Positions 12,285-25,029 of a DNA stretch of 35,533 nucleotides are shown here, in pieces. The notes beneath the pieces were generated by a model, which was given only the letters and a program-made list of their open reading frames with translations, was not told the DNA's origin and ran no database searches. Position numbers and translations under genes: made by a program. The first letter of the stretch is position 1, and each line of letters begins with the position of its first letter. Origin of the DNA: Octopus bimaculoides (taxonomy: Eukaryota); contig NC_068994.1 of NCBI RefSeq assembly GCF_001194135.2, positions 43,144,769 through 43,180,301 of the forward strand. Reading direction: 5' to 3'.

Positions 12285-12375
12285 CCTCAACAGCAACAAA
12301 CAACAACAACAACAACAAACAACAGCTACAATTAAACAACAAGAACAATACGGCAGCAGCAGCAGCAGCAGCAAG
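12285..12375. repeat. (CAA)n/(CAG)n low-complexity tract
   Basis: Direct reading. Confidence 0.85.
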
Positions 12376-13554
12376 AGTGACGGCCATAAACACAACAGAA
12401 CAGCAAAGATAGAAACTAGAATTATATGTAGAGCTCAATATTAGCTTCGATAGCAATAACAACAATAATTACAATGACATCTTGTAAGATGGAAACCACA
12501 CACACGCACAAAAAAGAAAGCAAGAAGAATATGAAAGAAACTTAAAGGAAACTATTTACTACAAAAGCATTTCTACTATCATGATTTAGGGAGTTCATCG
12601 TTCTTATAGTAAATCAATATTAGCCAGTGAGAAACTGGAATTTCCTGCTTAATAGAATGTAACTAAATGATCTGACACCTTGTAAATCAATGCACATTGA
12701 TTGTGATATAAAACAAAACCATATTATATGCAGTACTTAGAATTGAGAGATTATGAAATGGCAGCAAATGCTAAATATCTCGATCAATGTTGCAGTTTTG
12801 GTAAATCCAATACTTAGAGTGAAGGAGACAAAACAATGCATTGTTAACAAGAAAGAGTTTATTGCTACTATCAAACACCTTGTTATGAGAATGAGGTGAA
12901 TAGAAATATATAGAATTTCTTCTTTAAATTGCACCTTATTTTCAGATATGACAAACCCAATATTATCGTGCCTTTTGTGAGGCAAAAAATCTGTTTAGCA
13001 TCAGTTATTGACAGATATATTTCGAAATGATCAAAACATAATACAATATATATCAATGTGTGAGTGTAGGGGGAGAGAGAGAGAGAGAGAAAGAGTGTGT
13101 GTGTGTGTGTGTGTGTGTTAGTGTGTGCATGTGTGTGTTTAAAACTATGGAGAAAAGGAAATGCAAAACAAACATGAGTCATTCTAAGGAGTTAAAAGAA
13201 ATGTTAGCTCCTTAGAAATGAGATATCTTTTGTTTACAGTGTGAAACACTGGCTTCGTCTTAAATTTGGTTGAGTCTTCTTTGAGAAACTGCAAAGTTCA
13301 TAAAGTTGTTCTCATGTAGAAAAGTCATCACTGTAGAAGCATTGAAATGATATGTATTTCAACTGTTCTAAAATTTTGTGGGGAATTTTCATGGTTTTTT
13401 AGAATATATATATATCTTAAAGAGTAATGTTTTAAAGATAATGAATATGTGAGGCATGTGTGTGTGTGTGTGTGTGTGTGCATGTGCATGTGCATGTGCA
13501 TGTGCATGATATATATATGTATGTATGTTTGTGTGTGTGTGTGTATGTTTGTGT

Positions 13555-13765
13555 GTCTGTTTGTCCCCCCCTCCCCACAACATCGCTTGACAACTGATGC
13601 TGGTGTGTTTACGTCCCCGTAACTTAGCGGTTTTGGCATAAGAGACCGGTAGAATAAGTACAAGGCTTCCAAAGAATAAGTCCTGGGGTCGATTTGCTCG
13701 ACTAAAGGTGGTGCTCCAGCATGGCCACAGTCAAATGACTGAAACAAGTAAAAAAGTAAAAGTGT
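13555..13765 (+). mobile_element. SINE family B, 3' half
   Basis: cgcttgacaactgatgctggtgtgtttacgtccccgtaacttagcgg...ccagcatggccacagtcaaatgactgaaacaagtaaaaaagtaaaag. Confidence 0.85.
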
Positions 13766-13772
13766 AAAGAGA

Positions 13773-13815
<43 letters not shown>

Positions 13816-13842
13816 TTAGATAAAGCTGGTTTATGAAATTAC

Positions 13843-13919
13843 CTCAGGTTTCATGTCCATAAAGGGCTTGGCTTTATGGTGTGTTATCAGATCCCAAAAC
13901 CTGTTGTCTAAAGGCCTCT
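13843..13919 (-). CDS. Candidate coding exon (E)RPLDNRFWDLITHHKAKPFMDMKPE of unidentified gene
   Basis: Minus strand: attctattctag|AG AGG CCT...CCT GAG|gtaatt. 77 nt, only one frame open, phase 1 in and phase 0 out; a unique, more GC-rich island between microsatellites. Confidence 0.55.
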
Positions 13920-13936
13920 CTAGAATAGAATGTGTG

Positions 13937-13976
<40 letters not shown>

Positions 13977-14433
13977 TGTGTTTGTGTGTGTGTGTGCATA
14001 TATGTGTATACATAGTCCAAATTTACAGAAAGCAAAAGACAATGACAGAGGAGGGAACAGGCGGACAATTTTTGAGCCACTGATAGTGGACCTTTCATGG
14101 TAGCAGTTGAGGATATCACACTTATGTAACAATGAATGACTGCCATATCCATAGCTTCAGGCACAGGAAAAGTGTAGATCCCTAGTTATACAACACATTT
14201 GTGATTCTTTGGTCCTCAGCATGATTCCATTCCCTGTTGAGGTACCACATGGCTCAAGTCATGGTCTGTCTTCATTTCACATAGTGGCATATTTATGCCT
14301 CAGTATATATCTATATGAATATATATACATATGTATGTGTGTGTGCACAAGCATATGCACGTGCACACACATGTATGTATTTATGTATGTATACATATAT
14401 ATATATATCTATATGTATATGTATATCTATCTA

Positions 14434-14464
<31 letters not shown>

Positions 14465-14514
<50 letters not shown>

Positions 14515-14515
14515 T
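14465..14515. repeat. (GATA)n microsatellite
   Basis: Direct reading. Confidence 0.95.
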
Positions 14516-15109
14516 TAGATATTTATAATAGACTCTATATAAGAAGCTTCCAATTAACTTGAAATTAATTTGATAAGTAAATAGAATCTCTCAAAGAGAG
14601 ATATTCAGTAACAGTTCTTTAAAGTAAAGGCTATTTGCCATCATAATGTGGCTGTCCTGGAAGGGACAAATGTTATTGTTGTTTAAGGATTGAGATAATA
14701 TCTTTATACTCTTTCATCAAAATTTCTTGGCAAATGCAGAGTTTATTCAATGACCTAATGATAGTAGGAAGAAGAAACTGGAATGAAAGCTATCTCCACA
14801 TTTCTGAAAAGAACATAAAATCCGGCATGCATTAGCTGGTCCCACTGAAGAAATTTAACTCAAAGTTCATGCAAGCCAACAAGACACTCTTTCATTGCAG
14901 TAATACTGCCTGACTTTATAGTTGTGTACAGTATTATTTATAAGCAGCTTGGTGGATTCAGTTGATGAAAGATAAGAAATTTTGCAATGGATAAATAAAG
15001 TGCCAAAGGTAGAACAATGACAATTTCTTACTTGGCTTGTTCAAAATGAAACATGAATGAAAAAGGTAGAGTTTGTGGAGAAGGATTGTGCATGAAATCT
15101 ATAAGCCAT

Positions 15110-15330
15110 TTTAATGGCAACCCACAAGAAATTCCTTCTAGTTCTACGTCACAAAATTCAGTTTTAAACTGTCCGTATCTAAATTTAAGCTTTCCATCAT
15201 AATTTTATGTGAGAATTTCTTGGTAGCTCATGTTCCAAACACCACGTGAATAATGGCAAATATAGTTATTTCCCTACATCTCTCCAAATTGAAGAATATT
15301 TTGGAAATAAATTGAAATAACATAGGCAGT
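15110..15330 (+). mobile_element. Diverged second copy of the 8843-9105 MITE family
   Basis: Shared ordered blocks tctag.tctac, c.tcataattttatg, tctcca and aattgaaa. Confidence 0.5.
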
Positions 15331-18180
15331 CACAAACAGGTTAAGGTATGTGATAGGGTTGAACTGAATAGTGGTGACATGTGCAGGAAGAGGAGGAGAG
15401 GAGGATATGTTAAGTAGGTATAGTTAGGGGAAGGTATGCAGTCAGCAATTTTATTGAGACAGATGCCATTAAGTTAGAAGATATGGAGGAAAGATAAAGT
15501 TGAATCACATGCTTGTTATTTGCCTATAGATGGCTGCTTTTGTAGAGGTGGGGGACATCTTGATTGCCTACTTTTGAATGATTTTAAGTGGGTAGGGGAA
15601 TAATTTGATTGTTTATTGCTAAAAGGAATTTGATGTCTCCTTTACAAATTTTTCTTTTATATCAAAATTTGGGAACAATACTTGCTTACAAGTTTCCAGT
15701 GAGCCTATAATTGAGCTACCACTGTATCTCTGTTGGTGACAGTGACAAGTGAGTGTCTACAGAATAAATATCTCAATGGATTTACTTATTAAAGCTTCTT
15801 TTTTTTTTTTTTTTTAGCTTTTTCTTTAAGTTCTTGAAATCATTATATCTGACAGTGAAATACAATAGTAATAAACATAGGCACATACTCACAGACATTT
15901 ATACATTTTTAATTTTTAAATTTCCTTTCCCATCATGCATAGCCAGACAGACAGACAGGCATAGATAGATAGATAGATAGATAGATATGAAGGATCTTCT
16001 GCTGAATTTCTGACTTAGCTATTTCCCCTTGCTAAGTATTGGTCAGCATGAAACTCAAGACAGAGAAGACAGACAGATAGGTAGACAGGTAGGCAGAAAG
16101 ACGAGCAGACAGAATAGCAGTCAGTATGAGACTACTGTTGTAGGGAACATGTGGGTATAATCCCCACCCTCACCCACAAGTACATGGCTGCAAAGTAAAT
16201 TTGCTAAGTATACAGTCATGTCTGCTTCCATTACTTAAAGTGTGAGTCATTTGTTCAGCAATGATATTCTTTAACCTCACACATTTTATAACAGACAAAT
16301 CAATAAAGTTAGTTAGTTAATGTAAGCCAGGATTGAACTATATTTCTCATATTTCAGTCTGAATATTTGCTAAAGTATACTAGTCTTGACATTGCTCTAA
16401 AATCAATAAGTAATGATAAATAATAAAAATAATAAAATATCATTAAAGTACAAAATTTATTCCATGCTAAAAGCTATAAACAACAATATACTGACCTGAC
16501 TATTAATATTCCAATCGAGTAAAAGCCATAACATAGCGGAAATATAAAGTAAAAAAATAAAATAATAATAAAAAAATAAAATGATAAAAAAGACAGCAAA
16601 AGCAATATTTTTGCAATTATTGATGGAAATAATAAATACAAGCAAAAACGAAATATCGGACATCATCAACAACTATAATGATTTTAAACACATTTAATAG
16701 AAAAAAATATATATAAATAAAACAAATGACCGAATAACAATCACAAAAATACAACCATAACAGAAATGAAAACATTCAACAATGCTACAAACATTGCAAC
16801 AGGTGCTAAAATTAATTTAATCAAAATAAATGCAGACCAGTGTTTTTGATTATAGAAAATTAAAATAAAATTCTTTGTCAGTCAGCCTTCCTTTATCAAT
16901 AATAGTTTCCATGGGATTATTAAAAAAATATTTCCAATATAGAATAACTTTTGCTAATGAATTCTTAGAATATTTTGCATAGTTTGTTTCTTCAGGAAGC
17001 GTTGTCGTATGCCACTTAGATATACTAAAGTATTTGATTTACATATCCATATTGACTTTAAGAATGTATGTAAATAGTCGGTGTTAAAATCAAATAAATT
17101 TTTGCAAGAAAAATGCTATGCTATGTCTACAAACTATCAACAGCATATCAAGCATAAGTGTAGTTGTATTTGTGTTGCTGTTGAAGTTTATATATGATAA
17201 AACATTTCTAAAGGTATCCTACAACTTCCTACTTGAGGTTATTATATACATTAATTCATATTGAATAAAGTATCTTGCATTACTTTATGTGTATCAGGAT
17301 TCAACATCTAAGTTCTTTTGAAGCTAAAAGGCACTGAGTGACTGAACAAATATTATTCCACCCTACATAGCAATCTTAAAAGTTGTTAAATTAGTGTTAA
17401 TATATTTAATGTAATGAGCATCAAAAAGCCTAATTTAAAATAACCTCATGGTGAGGAAAAGACAACATTAGCTCAATGACACATATTATATAAATGCTGT
17501 GAAGTGCCATTGAATAAATCTATAGATTTTAGTCAAAACTGTAAGTAAGAAACAGACGTAACTCTGCTTAACTTTTCTTCATAGACTGAAAAATAAGGAA
17601 CAGCTGGTCTAGTTTTATTTCTGTATTGGGATTTCACCAAAAACTGAGTACCATCTTTAACTGTACATAGAATCACTATTATAGATTCACTATTTGAAAG
17701 TAAATCAATTTGCATATGTAATATTATTTCACCAAATTCTCTTGAGAAGATACTAAGAATACAGTACAAAACATTTGCTCAAAGTGTCATACAGTGCAAT
17801 TTAATGCAATTGCAATATGAACATCCAAGCCATTTAACCATGCTCACACTGATAGTGGGTCCACAATTCACTATGGTGGATCAAAAAAATCAACAAAAAA
17901 CTGGAATTTACAAGGGAACTTCTTTGTAAACATTTCACATTTTCCATGTAGCATTCAAACATCTTGCAACATTTTTTGGGGGGCAACCTTTAACCTGAGA
18001 TTGCTTCAGTTTTATAATACATAGTCTGTTTTAGCATTCATATTTATGTAATAATATTTTGCTAAGTTTTGTACAAAGCAAAGGTTTAATAGTGAAAATA
18101 TCAATTATTTTACTAAATCCCTTCTAAAATTTTGATATTTTTGAAAATCATGCTGAAACACATGGACAATCTATTTCATA

Positions 18181-18668
18181 AAGATATATGGTCATGGAAG
18201 TGTCACAATGTAGAACATGTGTTTGTTCTAAGTATTAAGACAAAATGCTCTTAATAAAGATATTGTTTACAGATGGTCTTTGTGGAGCTAGTGGCTCATC
18301 AAAGTTGATCTTCCTAAATGAAAACCAACTATGCTTATCTATAGCTTCATGACAAAAACCAGATAAGACTTAAATCTTTCCCTGATTAAAATACCAGTAT
18401 ATTCCTTATAATATTCGCTCCCAGCTGATCTGAGAACTATTCATGATTGTTAAGTGAACTTGAGTAAATATTAAATGAACTACTAAATTCCACATTACAA
18501 ACGGATCTATCAGAAACATACCTGTAACAAAATTGAACTCCAGATCTACCAAAAAATTGTTTGATTTCGTCTGAAAATGTCCAACTACATCTTTAATGAG
18601 GGCATTTTGTCCTAATACTTAGAACATGCTCCACATCATACCTCTTCCAAATGAAACCATATTTTTAA
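18181..18668. repeat. Old inverted repeat pair (arms about 18181-18262 and 18588-18668), probable decayed MITE
   Basis: Core 18224-18262 versus the reverse complement of 18588-18626: 34/39 identical; weaker similarity extends outward. Confidence 0.7.
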
Positions 18669-18751
18669 TGTTAGATCTACACGTACATTAATTACTGACT
18701 TCTGTTAAAAGCATCTATTGATCAGGTAATTGATTTTAATAATTAGTAATA

Positions 18752-18829
<78 letters not shown>

Positions 18830-18908
18830 TAGATAATAAATCATATGGTATACACCTGATAGTTTACCAGTAAATCACGTTCGCTTTCACAGTGTTCATT
18901 GGGTATTT

Positions 18909-19096
18909 GATTTTTACAGTTCCAGTGATGACTTGGATCTGTAGTCTTCAGCTTTCTCTTTTTCGGTTTTAAGAAGCCTTAATTTCTCAAGATTGATATT
19001 TAGGCCGTGTATTACATATCCCAGTGCCCCAATAATTACAAGTATAAACCTGAACTTGTAATCTGGATAGAGTAGTTGCAAATTTTTCAATAGTTC
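18909..19096 (-). mobile_element. Non-LTR retrotransposon of the restriction-like endonuclease class (R4/Dong-like), 3' end of ORF, frameshifted
   Basis: ELLKNLQLLYPDYKFRFILVIIGALGYVIHGLNINLEKL followed in a shifted frame by RLQIQVITGTVKI. This fits the P-x-x-IGALG ... LQ-x-x-x-x-GT-x-KI C-terminus of RLE elements. Confidence 0.7.
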
Positions 19097-19784
19097 GCAT
19101 GTATGTATGTATGCATGCATGTAAGCAAACAGACATTTATACATACATTCACACATAATATATATATACAACTCTTGCATATTTGAAAGTTTTACAACTC
19201 AACAAAAATTAAGAAGTAAAAAAAACTTTAAAAAACCAACTAGATCAATAATATTGTTCTTGTATATTAATAGAACATCTATCTTTACAATCACCCTCTT
19301 GACATATATTCCATCTCCATAGGAATTAAATGAAAATCTCCTTTACCATTTCTGAATAACCTCACCCATTGCGTCCCCACCTGCAATCCAACTCAACCAC
19401 CCATCACCCCACACCCAGCTTATTATTATTATTGGAAGTCGAATACCTTCATTCTGAAAACTATGCAGGCAGATTAAGCCGCAGATTAATCCAAAATTCT
19501 CCAGTCATATCAAGAAGTAAAATCTAATTTGTATCAAAAAGTTAATTCACACTTCATTCAACCACAATGATAAGTATATTTGATATGAGGTTGGGAAATA
19601 AACTGACAGATGTAGGTTATTGGCACTGCTTAGTCATCCTGAACAGTAGTGTATCATTCATCATTTTTATTGTACTTATATATACAGGGTGAGCCAAAAT
19701 TCACACACCAAAACATTTGATATTTTTTGCCTATATTATATTATTATTATTATCATCATCATCATCATCATCGTTATTATCATT

Positions 19785-20143
19785 ACCTTTGCCTTAGCAA
19801 AGATGGAGGTATTGTTTTCAGTCGTCTTTGTTTGTTTGTCCATAGACAAGATACCTCAAGAACCGCTGAATGGATTCGGATGAAACTTTTAGAGATGTTT
19901 GGCCTCGTAACTGTCATGAACTAATTGGATTTTAGGATCGATCTGGTTGTGGATAAGGATTCTGGATTATTTTTCCTGTTTTTTACTTAATTTTTGAGAG
20001 CGGTCGGGTTCATTTTTAGCATTCTCATTTGTGAGAGCAGTCGAGTTTATTTCAGATATTCTCATTTTAAAAATCATCTCTGGCTAATCGTTGAGAGGAC
20101 ATTGGTGTTGCCTTGGTGAAGGTTTGCGCTCTATGAGTGCTCT
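19785..20143 (+). mobile_element. Non-autonomous Helentron-type element (HINE/DINE-like)
   Basis: 5' imperfect palindrome acctttgcctt-agca-aagatggaggt, short gttt repeats, subterminal ccttggtgaaggt and a 3' hairpin gcgctc-tat-gagtgc. Confidence 0.5.
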
Positions 20144-20169
20144 TGCTATCATTATCATTATTATTATCT

Positions 20170-20495
20170 CATGCTCTGAGTTCAAATTTCACCAAAGTCA
20201 ACTTTGCCTTTTATCTTTCCGGGGACAATAAATTAAGTACCAGTGAAATACTGGGATCGATGTAATCTACTAGTCCCCTACTTCAAAATTTCAGGCCTTG
20301 TACCTATAGTAGAAAGGAATATCATTATTATTAAGGGAGCAAGCTGGCAGAATTGTTAGCATGCCGGGTGAAATGCTTAGCGGTATTTTGTCTGCCATTA
20401 TGTTCTGAGTCCAACTTCTGCTGAGGTTGACTTTGCCTTTCATTTTTACAGGGTCAATAAATTAAGTTCCAGTTGAACACTGGAATCGATGTAAT
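20170..20495 (+). mobile_element. Two head-to-tail SINE family C copies
   Basis: 20170-20320 and 20335-20495 each contain tctgagt.caa.tt...gtcaactttgcctttt...aaattaagt.ccagt. Confidence 0.85.
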
Positions 20496-20500
20496 CAACA

Positions 20501-20601
<101 letters not shown>

Positions 20602-21119
20602 ATGCATATGTTCATTCAAACATATATCTTTTTTGGAACTGGTTTTCAAAACACATAAATGCTATAAATAACAGCATGTAAATATTGGATTTGAAAAATC
20701 TTTAGGATAGAAAAAGTCAAGACTGCCCATGGGATGAGAACCCACATCTCCTGTAGACGAAGAGTTTTACTATTTAATATTTAGATGCTATCATTTTTAG
20801 CATTTATGCATTTTGAAAATCAGTTAAAAAAAGAAAAAATATTTCACATTCTCTCCAAAGTTTATAAATTCTTACTTCATCAACTACATATGTATATATA
20901 TATATATGATGGACTCTCCCATTGGCTTTGATGTACCTTTTTGTGATATGTAGAGCACCTAACATCATACTTATGTAGCCAACAGGTGAATCAGTCAAAT
21001 AAAATACATAAAGGTGTTATTTGAAAATATCCAGGGCAGATTATTTGGAGTAATAATTTAGATAACAAAATATACAATTGATATGAAAGTGCTGTGTTAC
21101 TGAATGCCTTTATTTTTTT

Positions 21120-21715
21120 ACCTTTTTGTCTTCTGCTTGTTTCAGTCATTGGACTGCAGTCATGCAGAGGGGTGGGGGAATACTACCTTGAAGGGTTTTA
21201 GTTAAACAAATCAACCCCTGTACTTATTTTATATTTTGTTGAGCTTGGTATTTATTCTGTCAGTCTCTTTTGCAGAACTGCTAAGTTATAAGGGACATAA
21301 CCAAACCAATATTAGTTGTCACATGGTGGTGGTGATGGTGGTGGTGGTGGTGGCGGGCAAACACAAGCACAAAGACACACACACATACATACATAAATAC
21401 ATATACACACATACATTTACATAAATACATAAATACATATGTACATACATACATACATGCATACATACATACACACAGACATACATGCATACATACATAC
21501 ATACATACATTCATTCATACATACATACATACATACATACATACATACATACATACATACACGTATATGATGGGCTTCTTTCAGTTTCCATCTACCAAAT
21601 CCGTTCACGAAGTTTTGATTGGTCTGGGGTCAAAGTAGAAAACATTTGCCCAAGCTGCCTTGCAGTGAGACTGAACCTAGAACCATATGGCTGAGAAGCA
21701 ACTTTCTTACCACAC
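21120..21715 (-). mobile_element. SINE family B with about 250-bp internal GGT/CA/TACA microsatellite
   Basis: Tail block tttcagtcattggactgcagtcatgc at about 21140 and head block gggcttctttcagtttccatctaccaaat...actgaacctagaaccat at 21572-21715. Confidence 0.8.
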
Positions 21716-21899
21716 ATATATGTCTGCATCTATATAAATATATATATTTCTTGTAAAAGTAACAAGAATCAGCTAACTTTGTTGCTGTTAATACTATGAT
21801 ATTTATGATATAATTTGAAGTTAGACATAATGAGAATTGCTTAGCTAAGAAACATTCCTACAAAAATGATAAAGATTTAATAATACAGAAAATGAAATA

Positions 21900-23330
21900 C
21901 ATACAGTGAGAAGATGAAGATGCAGATAGGCAGATGTTCTAAGGAGAAGTCTTTACAGTAGCTTAAAAAACTTCTCTCTGCATATTACATTCTTTTGAAG
22001 GCTGAAATTATGAAAGATTTTACTAGAAAAATTGGAAACGTAACAACTAAGTTACTAAGAGCATCTGACAAAATAGATATAAGAGTAATTTGACGCTGGC
22101 TTGGGATTTATCACCCTAGTATGTTGGGTAACCAAATATGATGAGAAGGCAGCTTGTTCAGATTATTAACTCCAGTGTAATCTATGTAAAAGAGTTCACA
22201 ATGATCATTTCTATACAACCACCGCTTATCAAAAGTGTTACTGATAATATGTAAGGAAAAGTGCAAAAGTGTGATGCATTCACCTTGATTTTCTAAACCT
22301 AGATATGGATTTGGTTGTGTTAGACTTGTATTTAGTTTTAGTTGTAGCAGACCACTTGAAGATATTGTCGGAGATGAAAGTTTATGATTTCTTTTTACCA
22401 TCAAAAAGGATGTTGCAATAAAGGGTAAGAAAGCAACATTAACTGATGTCAAAAGATGTTTTTTTTTCTTGGTGAAGGCCATGAAGTTTACATGACTCTG
22501 TCTGTATTTATCCATACAAAGCAAGTGATTTAAGACCTTGGTCATAATGGGAACTACATCAAGAAGTATGTTGCTTCAATTTAATAACATTGGTCATTAT
22601 GAAAGCAGGTATAGAACAAGATGGTTTGTCAAGTGTGATTTATTCTACTGAAAGAGTGAAGTTTAGGACAAGACAGAGGGATAATGTTGAGGCCTTGCAG
22701 TAGTTATGACAGTAAAAATCATATTTTTTTATTTTTGATTTTAATTTTCATGGCTTAATCAGAAGAGAAACAGCATTGTTCTCAACCTTTTTGAGAACCT
22801 CCAAGATTATAAGAAGAAAAATTAAGCTATCCTCAGACCAGAGGAAAAGATGATAGGTAAAATGCTTGACAAATTAGTTCCAATTTTTGGCACAAGGCCA
22901 GCAATTTCAAGGGAGGTACTAGATTGATTACATTGACCCCAGTGCTCCACTGGTGCTTATTTTATCAACCTCAAAAGAATGAAAGGCAAAGTCGACCTTG
23001 GTGGAATTTGAACTCAGAACTGAAAGATGGACGAAATGCCATGAAGCATTTTGCCTGGTGTGCTAACAATTCTGCCAGCTCACCACCCTAAATGTTTGAT
23101 AAATTATTAACAAGCAACCCAGAGCAGATAGTTACTTGCTACGCATAAGTGATTGGTGTAAGTAATATGGCCTGACATAGAAACATAGCAGCACATTTTG
23201 GTCAGCCAATTTGATTCGTTGGGGGTCATGTATAATAGACATACAAAGAGGATTATAACAATTGTAGTTTCATCATTTCTATAAGCAGATTTGTTGTCAA
23301 TGATAATCGTCAAGATAGACTGGACGAAGT
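21900..23330 (-). mobile_element. Highly decayed LINE (possible APE and RT remnants), interrupted by a SINE
   Basis: IILFVCLLYMTPNES resembles the APE YRPP motif; SFDIS and HCELFYIDYT resemble AFD and LFADDT. Many stops; motif-level resemblance only. Confidence 0.3.
22885..23090 (-). mobile_element. SINE family C
   Basis: ggcacaaggccagcaattt...ccactggtgcttattttatcaacc...aaaggcaaagtcgaccttggtggaatttgaactcagaa...tgctaacaattctgccagctc. Confidence 0.85.
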
Positions 23331-24669
23331 ATCCAACAATTGACAGATATTCTTATAACTAAAGACAGCTTTGTGAAGATGTATCTTCCAACATTTTGTT
23401 GTACTATTGTTGGAAGTGGTGACCTAAGTTGAGAACAGGTCGAAATAGTGAAGTAGAGTTCAGAAAGAATAAGCTTGAGCTGGTTGGGATTATGAGAAAG
23501 AGGGAGAGAAAGAAGTCATGAAGTCCACTGCAAGAATTTAAGGTTTTAACACTTTTGATACCAACTCATTTATGTTTGCCCCTAGTTCCATGATACTAAC
23601 TTCCTGATTAAAATTCTAAATTGAAACCTTACAGAGAATTTCATAGTAATTCATATTTCAAATAACTGCTTAATAGCTACAAAGTTGTCTCATTAAACTC
23701 TTCCTTATTGAAGCAAATGCAATTAAAGCAAAAGCAATTTGTTTCAATAAATAGAAAGAGGCGACAAAAAGAAGCTAAGGTTATGTTTGAACTGACGTTA
23801 ACTTAAAAATTGAGTTTAATGTTAAATTTAGTCTTAAAGTCACCATTAGTTTGTTTAGTCTTGTATAATGCAATTGTTGTATGGAGGGTTTTATTACTCT
23901 GGTTTCCTGTATTTTACTTTATATTTAAAACTGTAGTTAAATGGAGGGTTATCATGCATAATAAAATGAACAAAAAATGTTTCAATCAGTTAAAATTGCA
24001 CCCATATTAAAGAGAAACATCATTGACCATATTGATAGTTCTTGTAAAGAAAGACAAGGGAGATGACTTTGAAATGGAAACTGACTAAAAGTTGAATGGG
24101 GACATGTAATGGTGAGGGTAGATGGGCTTGATCTTTATTAAGTGCAGTGACAATTTTAGGCATGTTTCAGATTTATTACACCTTTTCAATGAAGTATAGG
24201 CTTACTTGTGTTTATTAGATCTGAGAATGGCTCAGGAAATATATAGATTTTAATGAGAAATACTATAGAGATTTAATGAATATATAAATTTTAGTGACAG
24301 TAATGACATAAGAAAATTTTTCAGCGCCCTCTGCATGAAGAACATATAATTTAGTGAGTAGGTGGAGGATGGGAGCTAACACTGAGAGTTAAATATTCCT
24401 TATGGACTCATATCACCCTTATTATTATGCTATCTGTTTCTACTCTGTGTACTAACCTTGGCAATATCTAACTTCTCATAGTGTTATTTCTAAATCTGGA
24501 GTTATATGTATTGTCCTATGAAGTTAACATGCCTACATTTTCTACAATATATGTATCAGCATATTTTTTACAATATCATTTATGAAATGTGGCCAAACAC
24601 AGTATGAAATTCATAATGTATGTTTGACCACAGTTTCATATGTTTTAAGATAGCAACCAAAAGTCTTAC

Positions 24670-24814
24670 CTGGTATTTCTTCATAGAGTCCATTTTCCCC
24701 TTTAATCCAACCATGTCGATTGTTTTTATAGGAAGTTTCTAATCCACTATTTTGGTCGAGTGTCATAAATGTACCTTCTTCCACTCCACCTTTCCCCGAT
24801 GTAAGGTTGCAGGC
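24670..24814 (-). CDS. Candidate coding exon ACNLTSGKGGVEEGTFMTLDQNSGLETSYKNNRHGWIKGENGLYEEIP of unidentified gene
   Basis: Open frame in unique sequence with a strong donor CCAG|gtaaga (phase 1). A polypyrimidine tract tcttctgttttttgttgtatgag precedes it, but the GAG acceptor is atypical, so the 5' boundary is uncertain. Confidence 0.5.
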
Positions 24815-25029
24815 CTCATACAACAAAAAACAGAAGATGCTATTTTATTTCAGTCGATTTGAAAATTATATGTTAAATAGGTATTTGGGGTGGGGGAAGA
24901 AATTGCTTGAAGAGAAATTCAAAGAAATTTATTGTAAAAATGAATTTCTTCTCAAAAAATATATCATTATTAAACATACTACACACCAATAATCATATTT
25001 AAACAGTTTTTAATATTATTACTATTTAT

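Noticed and set aside
15330-15790. Possible LINE remnant on the minus strand
   Set aside because: Only vague peptide resemblance and many stops; no diagnostic motif.
22111-22545. 144-aa minus ORF as a host gene
   Set aside because: No convincing splice boundaries or domain; more likely decayed LINE sequence or chance.
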